Shown here: in pieces, positions 13,490 through 24,698 of the stretch
Layout: each line of letters starts with the position of its first letter
Position numbering within the stretch: the first letter of the stretch is position 1
Source of the DNA: Harriotta raleighana
Lineage: Eukaryota
Length of the DNA: 64,000 bases
Assembly: GCA_050575255.1 (NCBI GenBank)
Contig: JBNZDD010013629.1
Coordinates: 722,877-786,876 of the forward strand
Reading direction: 5' to 3'
Notes under the pieces: model-generated
Database searches by the model: none
What the model was told of the DNA's origin: nothing
What the model saw: only the letters and a program-made list of their open reading frames with translations
Made by a program: the position numbers and the translations under genes

Positions 13490-13760
13490 TGAGCTCAGTC
13501 TAGGCTGTCACTCAGCAGCGCTGGGAAGGAGTTGCTTTGTCAGAAGTCCTGCCCTTTGGAGGAGACTTTAAACCCAGGCCTGTCTTGACTGTTCAGGTGG
13601 TGATTAACATTCCCTTGGCATTGTTTTGAAAAGAGAAAGGGATTTTTCCTCATAATCTAGCTGACAAATCTGTAGATAAAATTGGTCATTCGCTTCAGGG
13701 CTGTTTGTGGGACTTTGCAGTGTGCAAATTGACTGCCGTGTTTGCTTGCAAACAGATTCA
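13490..13760 (+). mobile_element. Old DeuSINE-like copy
   Basis: ctttggaggagactttaaacccaggcc...caggtgg...ttggcattgttttgaaaagag...gtttgtgggactttgcagtgtgcaaattgactgcc. Confidence 0.7.
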
Positions 13761-14027
13761 GCAATAAAAATACTGTAGTAATAGTTCTTGCATTTGCTAT
13801 CGCGCCTTACAGTATACATCCCGTGAGTTTGAGGTCTTCAAAAGACCGGGAATACTGTGAAGATGTGATAAGGCGCTTATATCAAATGCATGGATTATTA
13901 GCAACTATAACTGGTTTTGTAAACTCTTCAATCTTTCTTTCCATGTGTCACATGTCTTCCAGAGTCGTTTTCAGTCTGTCAACAATTCTCCTGCCTGTTG
14001 GGGGGGGGGGGGGGGAAAAAAAATTTA

Positions 14028-14195
14028 NNNNNNNNNNNNNNNNNNNNNNNNNNNNNNNNNNNNNNNNNNNNNNNNNNNNNNNNNNNNNNNNNNNNNNNNN
14101 NNNNNNNNNNNNNNNNNNNNNNNNNNNNNNNNNNNNNNNNNNNNNNNNNNNNNNNNNNNNNNNNNNNNNNNNNNNNNNNNNNNNNNNNNNNNNNN
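14028..14195. other. Assembly gap (others at 37177-37738, 38399-38480, 46875-47214)
   Basis: Runs of N, mostly flanked by poly-G or C-rich tracts. Confidence 0.99.
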
Positions 14196-14594
14196 GGGGG
14201 GGGGGGGGGGGGGGGGGGGGAACAAAAATCTAGTTTTGAAAGAGTTGGCCCTCAGATCTCTGAGTTCTCCTTCAAACAGCGCAGCAGCCAACACTGAAAA
14301 AAAAACATCCTTCACTGGTTACACTAACCAGATCTCTGGCTTGGGGAGCAGATCTGGGTTATTTTGACATCTTAAGTTGGTTGTTGGGAAGAGCTGCTTT
14401 CTGCCTCAACCACAGACTCTGGCAGTGATTTCCACCATCTCACCACTCTCTGTGCAAAGTTCTTGCTAAACCTCTCTTTTAGGTCTGCTTGTTGCTGTCT
14501 TGAATTATTATTAATAATAATAATATTAATAATCATTGCGTTTGATATGGAAAATTATCACCCACTTTTTGGGGGGATACTCAACGACGGCTGG

Positions 14595-14915
14595 ACTAAT
14601 TAGGAGCAAATTAGGTAAACTAGGCATGTTTACGCTGGGAAAGGCAGAGTTGAGGGGAGAATTGATTGCGGTCTTTAATTTTCTGAAGGCAGTAGATATT
14701 GCGGAGCATTATAACCTGTTTTATCTTGCACTGAACAGTACAGCCTGTGGTTGAATTGGGGGTAAATTCAGAACAAATCTGTGGAGACAGTACTTCAGTG
14801 AGGAGACCAGTAAACTTATGGAACAGGCTCCCTCGGAAGACTGTGTAGAACGAGTCGTTTGTTTCGAGAACAAATGAGATAGATTTCTGCTGGAAAATAA
14901 GATTTGGGGCTACAC
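14595..14915 (+). mobile_element. CR1-clade LINE 3' fragment
   Basis: Encodes LGKLGMFTLGKAELRGELIAVFNFLK, a degenerate form of the CR1 ORF2 C-terminal motif LGLFSLEKRRLRGDLI. Confidence 0.75.
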
Positions 14916-15079
14916 TATACAATAATAAATAGTAATCCTTGCATTTGTTATAGCGCTTTTCACGTGATCTAGCGATCTCAAAGCGCTTCACAGAATAAGC
15001 CTCAGCGGTTTACCTGTGGTTTACTGCTCTTGAAAGCTGGGTCAAAGTCAGATTTCTAAACCAGCTTAAACCCATGAAC

Positions 15080-15300
15080 TTCAGCCTTGTTGCCCCTTAC
15101 CCTCTGGAACTCCATCCCACATTCCCTTTGACTCGCTCCCTCCCTTGCCTCCATCAAGGCGCTTCTCAAAACCCTCCTCTTCAACCTTCCTACCTTCCCT
15201 GCCCTCCACCCTCCCCAATTCCGACCCCCAACTCAAATCCAAGTTCCTGACTGTCAAGCAGCTCGGGAGATGTGATGTGAAAGGAGCCAGACGTATGTAA
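15080..15300 (+). mobile_element. Degraded L2 3' fragment
   Basis: ctctggaactccatcccacattcccttt... motif and a degenerate tail; similar to 52030-52255. Confidence 0.65.
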
Positions 15301-16344
15301 TTTTGGATCATATTGCATAACCTCAATTCCAACGATTGCTGTACTAGCAATGATGCTTCTGTTCAACAGAAGCATTAATTTGGATCATTGTCCCAAAGTG
15401 TAGCATTTTACTGATATTGCTCAACCCATATTGATGTTTCAATCTGTTTAAAAAGGTTCCTATGAAAGGAGGTAAATTGCTGGTATATTTTTCACAAAAA
15501 AAACGTTTGTTTCAAATCAAAAACCCTACACACTGGTCGCAGCATAACAACAGCTGGATGAATACATATGCCAGAAACTCATTCCCACGTGATTTGCGTC
15601 AAAAGGATTTTATGAAACATTCCGGAGAGCAGCAACATTGTGCGTCCATGCTTCATCAGAGAAAGGCTCAGTTCTCCCCACACACACACACACACACACA
15701 CAGAAATGCCTGGAATAGACACCAAATGGGCCGTTGCAAAAGCAGACCCTGCAATCCCACAAGGGGTACACTAACCCTGTTTCAACTATAGTCAATTGAT
15801 AAAATGTGGGTTCAGCACTGAGATCTACCAACTATGGGCTACTTTTGTTTCACCCACAAAATATACAGTCAGTTCACTTCACCGTCTATTCTGTGAAGCG
15901 CTTTCAGACGTCTCAAATACGTGACAAGGTACTATATAAAATGCAGTTATTATTCATCAGGATTATTATTATTGCTGCTGATCTCTGGGGCGCAAACATT
16001 TTTAACTGATACTGGTGGAGATATTTTGAGCTTTTAGGCTATCCAGCGCTTTGGGATGTCCTCCTGACTTGAAAGGCACTGCGCAAATGTCAGTTTGTGT
16101 GATATCCAGGTGCTCATACAATGGTGGATTACGCTCTTCAATTGATTACATAAAGAATGAGAGAATACTGCTTTACATTCCAGTCATGTTTCAGTGGAAT
16201 AGAAAAAAACGTATGTGTGTGGAAAAATTGGTTTAAAATAATGTTCATTTAGAATATCATCTAAAATTCACTTAGCTTGCTGACAATAATTTAGGGATAA
16301 TTATAATTTCTTTGGTAGCACTATTTAAGGATTACATAATATTA

Positions 16345-16635
16345 ATAATCCTTGCATTTGATATAGCGCTCTTCACATCTCTAGACGTCTCAAAGCGACT
16401 TACAGATGTACTGTAAAGTGAATTGACTGAATATTTGTGGATGAAACGCAGGAGCCAATTGTGCACAGCAGTGTCCCACAGTCGTGGATTCACCAATTTA
16501 TTATTGTTTTTCTTTCCAAGGGATTATTATCAGGCATGTGGAGTAAGGAAACTTGGTCAAAGTTTTGACCTGCTGGCAATTGAACTCAGGTCTCTCACTT
16601 GCAAGGCCAATGCTCTAACCAATGAGCTACAGGTG
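16345..16635 (-). mobile_element. tRNA-derived SINE
   Basis: Reverse complement of the same family from tail (taatccttgcatttgatatagcgc) to head (gctctaaccaatgagctacagg). Confidence 0.85.
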
Positions 16636-17249
16636 TCCACATGTGGAGTTGAGGACGTTTCTCATGAGTTGGACAGACCTAACATCCATCAACATTGCCC
16701 TAGTTTACTGCTTGTGGCTCAGAAGTCAGTACAACCCCAGGGAGAGTGTTAACCTTAATCTTTTCAATCATATTGTGAAATAGCGATATTAAAAGTCAGT
16801 TTCATCTCCTGTGAAATGCTCAACTTCATTCATTCCATTAGGGAAATATCAAAAATAAGGCCAAAAAAGATTTTTTAATCCAAATAAAACTTTACAAGCT
16901 CAGTTTGCTAAAACCATTAAAATAGAATATTCACATAAAGAACTTCAGAACCAATGAGAATATTGGTGGTTGTTGAGCAACTAGTTTCTTGTTTGTGAAA
17001 CTATTCCCAATGCTGTTTGACTACCGGAATCGAATCATATGGATTCCAACAGTACATTGATGGGAAGCAGAAAGACAAGATTTATACTTCCCGATCCCTC
17101 ATAATGGGGTTTAAAAAAAACAAGAGCTCTGTAAGCGAGAATCACCAACTGGATATGAGGAACTCCAAATTGCAAGGATTAAATAACTTATCACTGGAAA
17201 AAAAAGAAGACACCAAGTGAGATCATCATCATGAAAGGTTTAGTAAATT

Positions 17250-20200
17250 TTTGTAATAGTCAGTTCAATTTAATTGAAATGGGTTAAAAATAAACAAAAT
17301 TTTTTTTTACAAATAGGACGTAAAAAGTTAAACAGAAGTCACATTGCAATACAGCCCTTTCTTTAAACATATCTAAAAAGCATAACCGTTCTTACAAAGC
17401 TTTATCATCGAAAGTAATCATCTCAAATGCGCACAGGATGCAACAAATTTTAAGATGATTAATGTTTGCCCTTCAGATCATTTAGTTTAGCTGACAATAA
17501 TTTAAGGATCACTGAAATCCAATTTAGCTGTCGCACATTGCTTTTTTGTCAAAAATACCAATGCAACTCTCTTAAGATACTGTACTTATTTAAAAACACA
17601 AGACTATGTGGAAAGATAGTCATTTAACTTTTACAAAGACATGCACGCCACAATATACAATGATAGAGTTTTATTTATAATTTCCACACAGATTATCAAC
17701 TGCAGTATTATTTTAATCAACTTTATACAATGCTACTAGCTTCTTGTGACTGTCATATGAGCATGAAAATAGAATATGTGAACTTTTCCCTATATACATA
17801 CACACACATGCACACTCACAGGCACACACACATTTATATATATATATATATAATATAATATATAATATATAAACACACACATACACACCCGTAACAGTAT
17901 CAATATAAGTAAACTATAGCCAGGATAGAATGTCTTTTACATTTAGAATTCAAACACGTATTCAATTGGGATCTGTCACTATGTTTTTATAAAAAAAATT
18001 CATCCCCACAATTTGCTTTATGTTTGCAATCTATCCTGTGAATGGGGCGATGCTGGTGAAAACAGGATCTTAAAACCAAAAGAAAAACTCCCAATTTGCT
18101 GGCAATCACACTATCAAAAATTCCACCTGCAACCTTTTGCTTAAATGGTTAGCAGTATTTCAAAGTTATCAATCTATGTACACTATATACAATAGGTGTC
18201 CACAATAGGGACACTGTAGGCTCAGCTGTGATAACGTCCTTGAAATAGTTTTAATGGCAGTGATGGGAATATGAAAGGTTAGGATTACCAAAAAGTGCTG
18301 GGTTTTATTCAAATGCCAAATCTATAAATGCAAACCATTTTTTTGTTGAAAAAATGCACATTTGGACAACAGCACCAAATTAACCAGTTTCTAAACAATG
18401 CCGATGCGGACAAACTGGACAATCACTGTTATCACCAAATATCATCTTTTAGGTTTGATTTTAGAGGAGATTTAACTGTTCATCGCCATTTGCAGATTTT
18501 TACCATTAAAACGCTCTTAACTTTTAATAAGAGCAACTAGAACTCTTGTTGATAAATGCAGCAAGCTCCACAATCTGCTAAACCACTTCTGGTTGATGGA
18601 ATTCTCCTGCTTAAAAGATATCATGGATGAAAGAGTTTCACAACTGGGAAAGGATTTGCGGGTTTCTTTCTTGTTGTGTGATGTACAGAAGTGGACTGAC
18701 TTTTAATATGGATGGCAAAACCTTACTCTTGCAATCATCTAGCACCAGAAAAGTCTTGATCACTGGCAATGAAAAGCATTTAAAATCGGGAAAGCAAATG
18801 GGAAAGCATTCATATTATGTGGTATTTTTAAAAGATGCAATTAAGCTCTTGGTTAACATTACTGCAGTGATCTTCATAAGATTTTACAATGGGAAATCAC
18901 TGCAGTACGATAACTACTTCAAAAGTGCACATATTTTAAAAGTAGTGCGCTTTGAGTCATGTTTCTTTCATTTCTATTTGCTTGGTAAATAGATCCAAAT
19001 TATACCGGAGTGAAGCAAACTATTAGTTGGAATTAAATTTAAGAAAGCTTCGACATGGTTTACTCTCACATAAAATAAAATTATCTTGAGGAACCAAATG
19101 TTCCCGTGGATAGGGGTGTGGGATAAAAGAAGATAGGGGCAAAAGTATACTAAAACATGGTTGGACCATCAGGTTGTCTGTTATATAAAGGAGCTGAAAC
19201 ATTGGTATTATATGATTGGATTGGTGACAAATTTATTCAGGCTTCATTATATACAAAAGATTGTTGCAGTGAAGGTTTTTCCAGCTATGCCACCTTTCAA
19301 AGAGTTGTTCTGTGAGTCTAGAAGCAGAATTCCTTCTGCATTTCCATCAAGGTTACTTTGCAAAATAACTACATTAATTTGATTACAGCCAATTGCATTG
19401 ATGTATTTGAGCCTTATCTGCAGAAGTACTATTTCCTAAATATTTTCATGTTTTAAAATATCAAAACTAATAAAATTAAAATAAAATGAACCCCATACAT
19501 GCCTTAATCAACCATAGCATGCTTTCAGATTGTCAAAATATCACTTGATCCTACGAACACATTAACAAAAAGGATCAACACTTATATTTAACACCTTTAA
19601 TAGGCGGACACTTCACAAAACAGCAAATGTGTAGATTACGATATCAAAAAAAATCTTAACAGCTGTAGAAATAGAGTTTGAACATTTAAGCTTAAAACCA
19701 TTTGTTAGCACAAAAAAAACATTGGTTTAGAAAAATCTGCAATATACCACCAATTCAACAACAGCCAAGGCAAACAAGCTCCCTGAAAATACTCACTAAC
19801 GTGCCACCAACTGTGGTGTCAATGTTAACGTACATCCACAAGTTACAACAGACTATAAAGGAGGCTAAACATATCTCTGTAGGGAATATGCATTCGCCTT
19901 TGTTTCAGATCAACAGTAAAGTACATAATGGAAAAGATTTTTGAATGTTTCCAGTTGCAATCCGTTCTGTAGAGGTAAATAGGCCATCAGAGAGAGAAAT
20001 AAAACCACACACACACGCACAAATTGAAATGGCTCCCATATCAACTCCTGAAAATGTTTTTCAAGATTGCTCACTTGGCCAGGAACTTAATGATATTAGT
20101 TTTGAAACTAAAAATTTATTGACATATTTGGCGTTTGAGTTTTTAAAAAAACAGAAATAAAATGCAATTGGTACTTTTCATCTTCTCAACCAGGAAAATA

Positions 20201-21094
20201 ATGGTCAAATGAACCTTTAGGTTAGAATATAATGGTAAAATGATCCAAAACTTTACTCAAAGGGACATCTAGGGGCCTATTAACACTGCCCCATTCCCCA
20301 CATTTCTTGGTGGTACTTTAAGACTGACTAAGGATCACTTGATACATAAATATGGCACTATTTGGAGTGATGAAAAGAAACTATTTAGCAGTACTTAACA
20401 GTAAATATCCAGAGCACAATTGCTGGTTGCAATTCAACTCTGCACCACTGTTATTGATTAAAAAAAATTATTGTACAAATGTAATTTTAAGCTATTAAAA
20501 AAAATCATGTGCCTCTGGTGGACATTCTGAAATGTAAAATACCCTGTGAACATTATTTTGCTGTATTAAAAAAATCAGAACATATTTTTCATAAAACGAT
20601 TCCAGACAGTTTGCACGTGTGTGCTATTTAAACATCCAATATGTTTCCATGTGTGATTTGATGCAGAAAAAGTCGAGATGAATGTTCTTGACCACCAATG
20701 CAGCATTTCAACTTTAACCCTAAATTGTATCCACAAATGTCAACATGACAGAACAAATACTGTCTTCAGGATATATAAAAGTATAGGTCAATTTTAAAAA
20801 AATGTATATATAGCGGGCGGTTGGCTATGCATTATTTAAAAGCTGTACCAGTTTCTTCCAGGGTCTGCCCGACTTCTGAGTGAATTATGCAAAATGTGGC
20901 TTGATGTGCTTTGTACCTTGAAGTGAAGGCTTGTGAACGTGCCCACTCGCTTTGAGGAGCAAGCGATGTAACTTGTGCATCGTTGACCTATTTTAAATAA
21001 AAGGTTCAGAAAAGGTCCAAGAATCATTTGACCCAAGTCCAGGCACTTTCTCCAAAAGAACTAACTGTAGCTAAACAGCCAGCCAGGTCCCACC
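17250..21094 (-). other. ZBTB44: Probable long 3'UTR of ZBTB44
   Basis: About 3.8 kb of AT-rich sequence after the stop with no SINE/LINE copy that I can recognise, unlike both flanks. Candidate poly(A) signals: AATAAA near 17670 and ATTAAA at 17269-17274 (minus strand). The end position is inferred. Confidence 0.6.
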
Positions 21095-21401
21095 TTAATT
21101 GTAAAGGACATTGGGTCCTTCTTCAGGAGACGTTCTCTTGTGTAGCTCCTCTCTGATACCAAGGATTCCATTGACCTCAGAGTTATTTGTCTTGTGTTCC
21201 TCTGTTATTTCCTCATCTTTGTTGATAAGGCCTGCCAAATGGCCGAGGGGGAATGCACTGTCACAGTTCTGTGTGGAAGACACCTGTGAAATGACGGGCA
21301 TTTGCACAGATGAGTTGTTCTCAAAGCCGTTGTCTCCCAGCTCATACTGGGCCAGGGCTTCTTCTTGCTCCTGTTTAAGATAATCTGGAACAATAAAGTC
21401 A
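21095..21401 (-). CDS. ZBTB44: ZBTB44 last coding exon
   Basis: (S)DFIVPDYLKQEQEEALAQYELGDNGFENNSSVQMPVISQVSSTQNCDSAFPLG...NVLYN*. Acceptor ttgtcttctag, TAA at 21095-21097. The five exons sum to 1866 nt, in frame. Confidence 0.92.
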
Positions 21402-22454
21402 CTAGAAGACAAGAAATCAGAAGGTCTCAATCAAGAGTTGGTGCACAAAACAATCCCAATTACACACAGGTTTAACTCTGCAAATTTTAATCTAGTTTGG
21501 ATCAACAAAAATAATGATAATCTTTGCATTTGATGTCGTGCTTTCAGGTCTTCGACACATCTCAAAACTCTTCACGGAATATACTGTAAATTCCACTGAC
21601 TGTACATTCTGTGGCATTCCAAATCTACAGAAATAGAAGTGAATCTGAAAACCCTTGTCAACATTTTATTTTTTAATGTTTATTTCTAACTGAGGTGGCC
21701 AAAAGACTGCAACTTTCCAGAATGAGAAAGAAAAGCGTTAGTTCAGTTGGAAACCTTCAGGGCAAAGCATGTGGTAGGTCCATCTGCAGCTACCTCTCAT
21801 CGTGTTAAGGAAGGATCAGCATTCGAGTCTGGAAAGAATGACGATTCCCACTCAATACAGCTGGCAGCAGATGGATCAGTCACATACTTCACTGGAGTGA
21901 GTCTTTTCCACCAGCAGCTTCAAGGATAGAATAGGCCATGTATATTTTCAGCTTCCCCTCACAAAACGGGAGCAGAGGGGAAGGATATGAACTTAACTAT
22001 ATAAAATGTGTATTTAATCTCAGGGGGAATTAATAAAAAAAAAAGCTCATTGGATGTAATATGCAGTGGACTTTCACAGCGCAATTGGCTGTCACGTTTT
22101 GCCCATAAATATAGAGTATATTCTGTGAAGCGCTATGTGACGTCTAGAAGGCTTAAAAAGCGCTATGTTAAATGCAAGCATTATTAGTATTATTATTATT
22201 TTGAAATACAGATTGAAAAGGTTTCTCGAATGAATAGTTTGTTCCAAAAAGGATTCAAATTAGGTATTCAAAAAGAAATATCACTACAATTTAGATAAAA
22301 ATGGCAGCTTTGGTGGCATTGGCATGCAAGAAAGCAGCTCAAATATAAAACCTCAAACACTGATTATGAAATGATTCAACTTTCTCGTGGTGTGAAAGTT
22401 CAGCACTTGAGATAAAGTGATCACCGGTTTTCCTACAGTGTTAAATTCTTAATA

Positions 22455-22560
22455 TAGAAACAGGAAAAGGCCATTCAGCCACTCGAATCTATTCTTCCAT
22501 TTTATAAGATCATGGCTGATCTGTACCTCAAGCCTAGTTGCCCGCAGTTGCTCTGACCTG
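22455..22560 (-). mobile_element. Short CR1-type 3' end remnant
   Basis: ggccattcagccactcgaatct...aagatcatggctgatctg resembles chondrichthyan CR1 3' ends as I recall them. Confidence 0.5.
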
Positions 22561-22900
22561 ACAAATAGATACCTATGAACATCACCTCCTAACGATATCA
22601 CTTCCTAACATGGTTGCGCATACAAGAAGTGATGTTGATGCAAACCTGATGACATTTTAGCTTCCTCGCTAAAATTTGATAACACGGGTATATTCTACTG
22701 GGGCAGGAGTTCAAAGGACATGACTGCAACACTATTTTAAAAGTTTGTGATTCAATGACATCACTTCCTGCGCCTTGGGATGTCCTCTTGACATGAAAGA
22801 CTACAAACATAATTTATTAGTGCAACTGGTATCACACTGCTTAATCGCGTCAGTCATTTAAAATATATATGTATTATAAACATATATGTAAATATATATA

Positions 22901-23615
22901 CAGTAAAATCTTGTTTATCCGTGACTCGAATAATCGGAAAACCCATTCAACCGCCACCTCAAAAAAAAAGTCCCGGTCTGACTAACCGGAAGTTATCCGG
23001 CGACGCATTGAATGTCGGCTTTAAACCCGTTCCGGGTCCANTTAAAACTCATGGTTTTTATTTTACCTCGTTCGAATGGATGAGTGCCTGGTCGTTGGGA
23101 AGGTAAGTTAAATATTGCTACAGATAGCGGCCGGAGGGGGTAGGAGAGGAAACGGAGAGAGAGAGAGGGAGGGGGGTGGAATGGAGAGAAAGAAGAGGGG
23201 GAGGAATGAGATATGGGGAAAGGGAGAGAGAGATAGAGAGGAAAGGGTGGGGGCGACAAAATTTATATGATGGATTCAGACTGAATATTTTTGAGGGTCT
23301 GTGTCTGCCTGTGTGTGTGTGTGTCTGTGCTGGCCGTTAGGTCTAAACTCGTTGCTATTTAAACTCGCATTTTTTACCTCCCGTCGAATCAGTGCTGCAA
23401 TTCCGAACTTAAGTATAAATAATAATCTGCTAATAGAATATTCTGTTATTATTTAGTCCATTATCAATATGGTATGTGTTAAAATAATTGTAAATTTTTT
23501 TGAAAATAAAAATTATATCTAATAATTTTTTATTTTAAAAATCCATTCAACCGGAAAAACCATTTAACCGCCAATGGCCAGGTCCCGTGGGTGCCGGATA
23601 AACGAGGTTTCACTG
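22901..23615 (+). mobile_element. Tigger-like MITE, copy 1 (strand arbitrary)
   Basis: TA-CAGTAAAATCTTGTTTATCCG ... CGGATAAACGAGGTTTCACTG-TA; internal sequence shared with the copies at 23672 and 34544. Confidence 0.85.
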
Positions 23616-23623
23616 TATATAGG

Positions 23624-23671
<48 letters not shown>

Positions 23672-23673
<2 letters not shown>

Positions 23674-24330
23674 GTAAAATCCTGTTTATCCGGCACCCAT
23701 GGTACCTGGCTGGTGGCGGTTAAACGTTTTTTCTGGTTGAACAGATTTTTTATTTTTTTTAATTAAAAATTAACACATACTATATTAATAATAGACTAAA
23801 TAACAGAATATTCTATTAGTACAGTATTATTTATACTTAACTTCGCAATCGTAGCACTGATTCGACGGAGGTAAAACAAAACGCGACTTTAAAAAGCAAT
23901 GAGTTTAGGCCCAATGGCCTGCACACACACAGACACACACCCTCAAAGATATTCAGTCTGAATCCATCATATAAATTCTGTCCACAATCCTCACCCACCC
24001 CCGTCCCATTCCTCTCTCTCCCCCTCTCTCTCTCGCTCCATTATGCTTTCCCCCATCTCTCTCTCTCTCCCTTTCCCCATCTCTCATTTCCCCCCCACTC
24101 TTTCTCTGTCTCTCCATTCCACCCCTCCCTCTTTCTCTCCATTTCCTCCATTCCCCCACATTCCCTCCTTCCCTCCCTCTCTGGCCGCTACTTGCAGCAG
24201 TATATATTATATATACAGTACTTAACTTCCCAACAGCAGGCACTCATGCAAATGAGGTAAAAAGGACCCGGAACGAGTTTAGACCCAACATTAAACGCGT
24301 CACCGGATAACTTCCAGTTAATCGAATCAG
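23672..24330 (-). mobile_element. Same MITE family, copy 2, inverted and missing one terminus
   Basis: Starts CAGTAAAATCCTGTTTATCCGGCACCCA (reverse complement of the copy-1 right end) and follows copy 1 in reverse as far as CCGGATAACTTCC near 24315. Confidence 0.85.
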
Positions 24331-24397
24331 AACTTTTTTTTATATATATATATATATAAATAAACACACACAAAATGTCAGTTTCAATCGATCCCAC

Positions 24398-24698
24398 CTG
24401 CTCTGGAAGTAAGATGCCAACTCGGATGCTTCATGATTCAGGCTCCTCAGGTGGACAATTAAATTGCCAGAGTTAGTGAACATGGCACCGCACGTTTTAC
24501 ACTCGTAGATCCGAGGCTTTCGGATAATATGCCTAGAAACGCGCATGTGGTGCTTGTATTCTCCAAATGAAGTAAACGTTGCACTGCATATCTGGCACCG
24601 GAAACAGCGTTTGCCTTCGTGCTTGAGGCGATGCATCTTTAAAGAGTATGCTCTCGTGAACTTTTTCCCACACCGGTCACACTGAAAGGGTTTTATAC
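24398..24698 (-). CDS. ZBTB44: ZBTB44 exon 5, C2H2 zinc fingers 2-4
   Basis: IKPFQCDRCGKKFTRAYSLKMHRLKHEGKRCFRCQICSATF...YECKTCGAMFTNSGNLIVHLRSLNHEASELASYFQS. Acceptor tgtttttag, donor AG|GTGGGA. Confidence 0.96.

Noticed and set aside
1-17200. Expected neighbour ST14 (matriptase), which lies 3' of ZBTB44 in human
   Set aside because: I recognised no CUB, LDLa or trypsin-domain exon here; it may lie outside the window, so no call is made.
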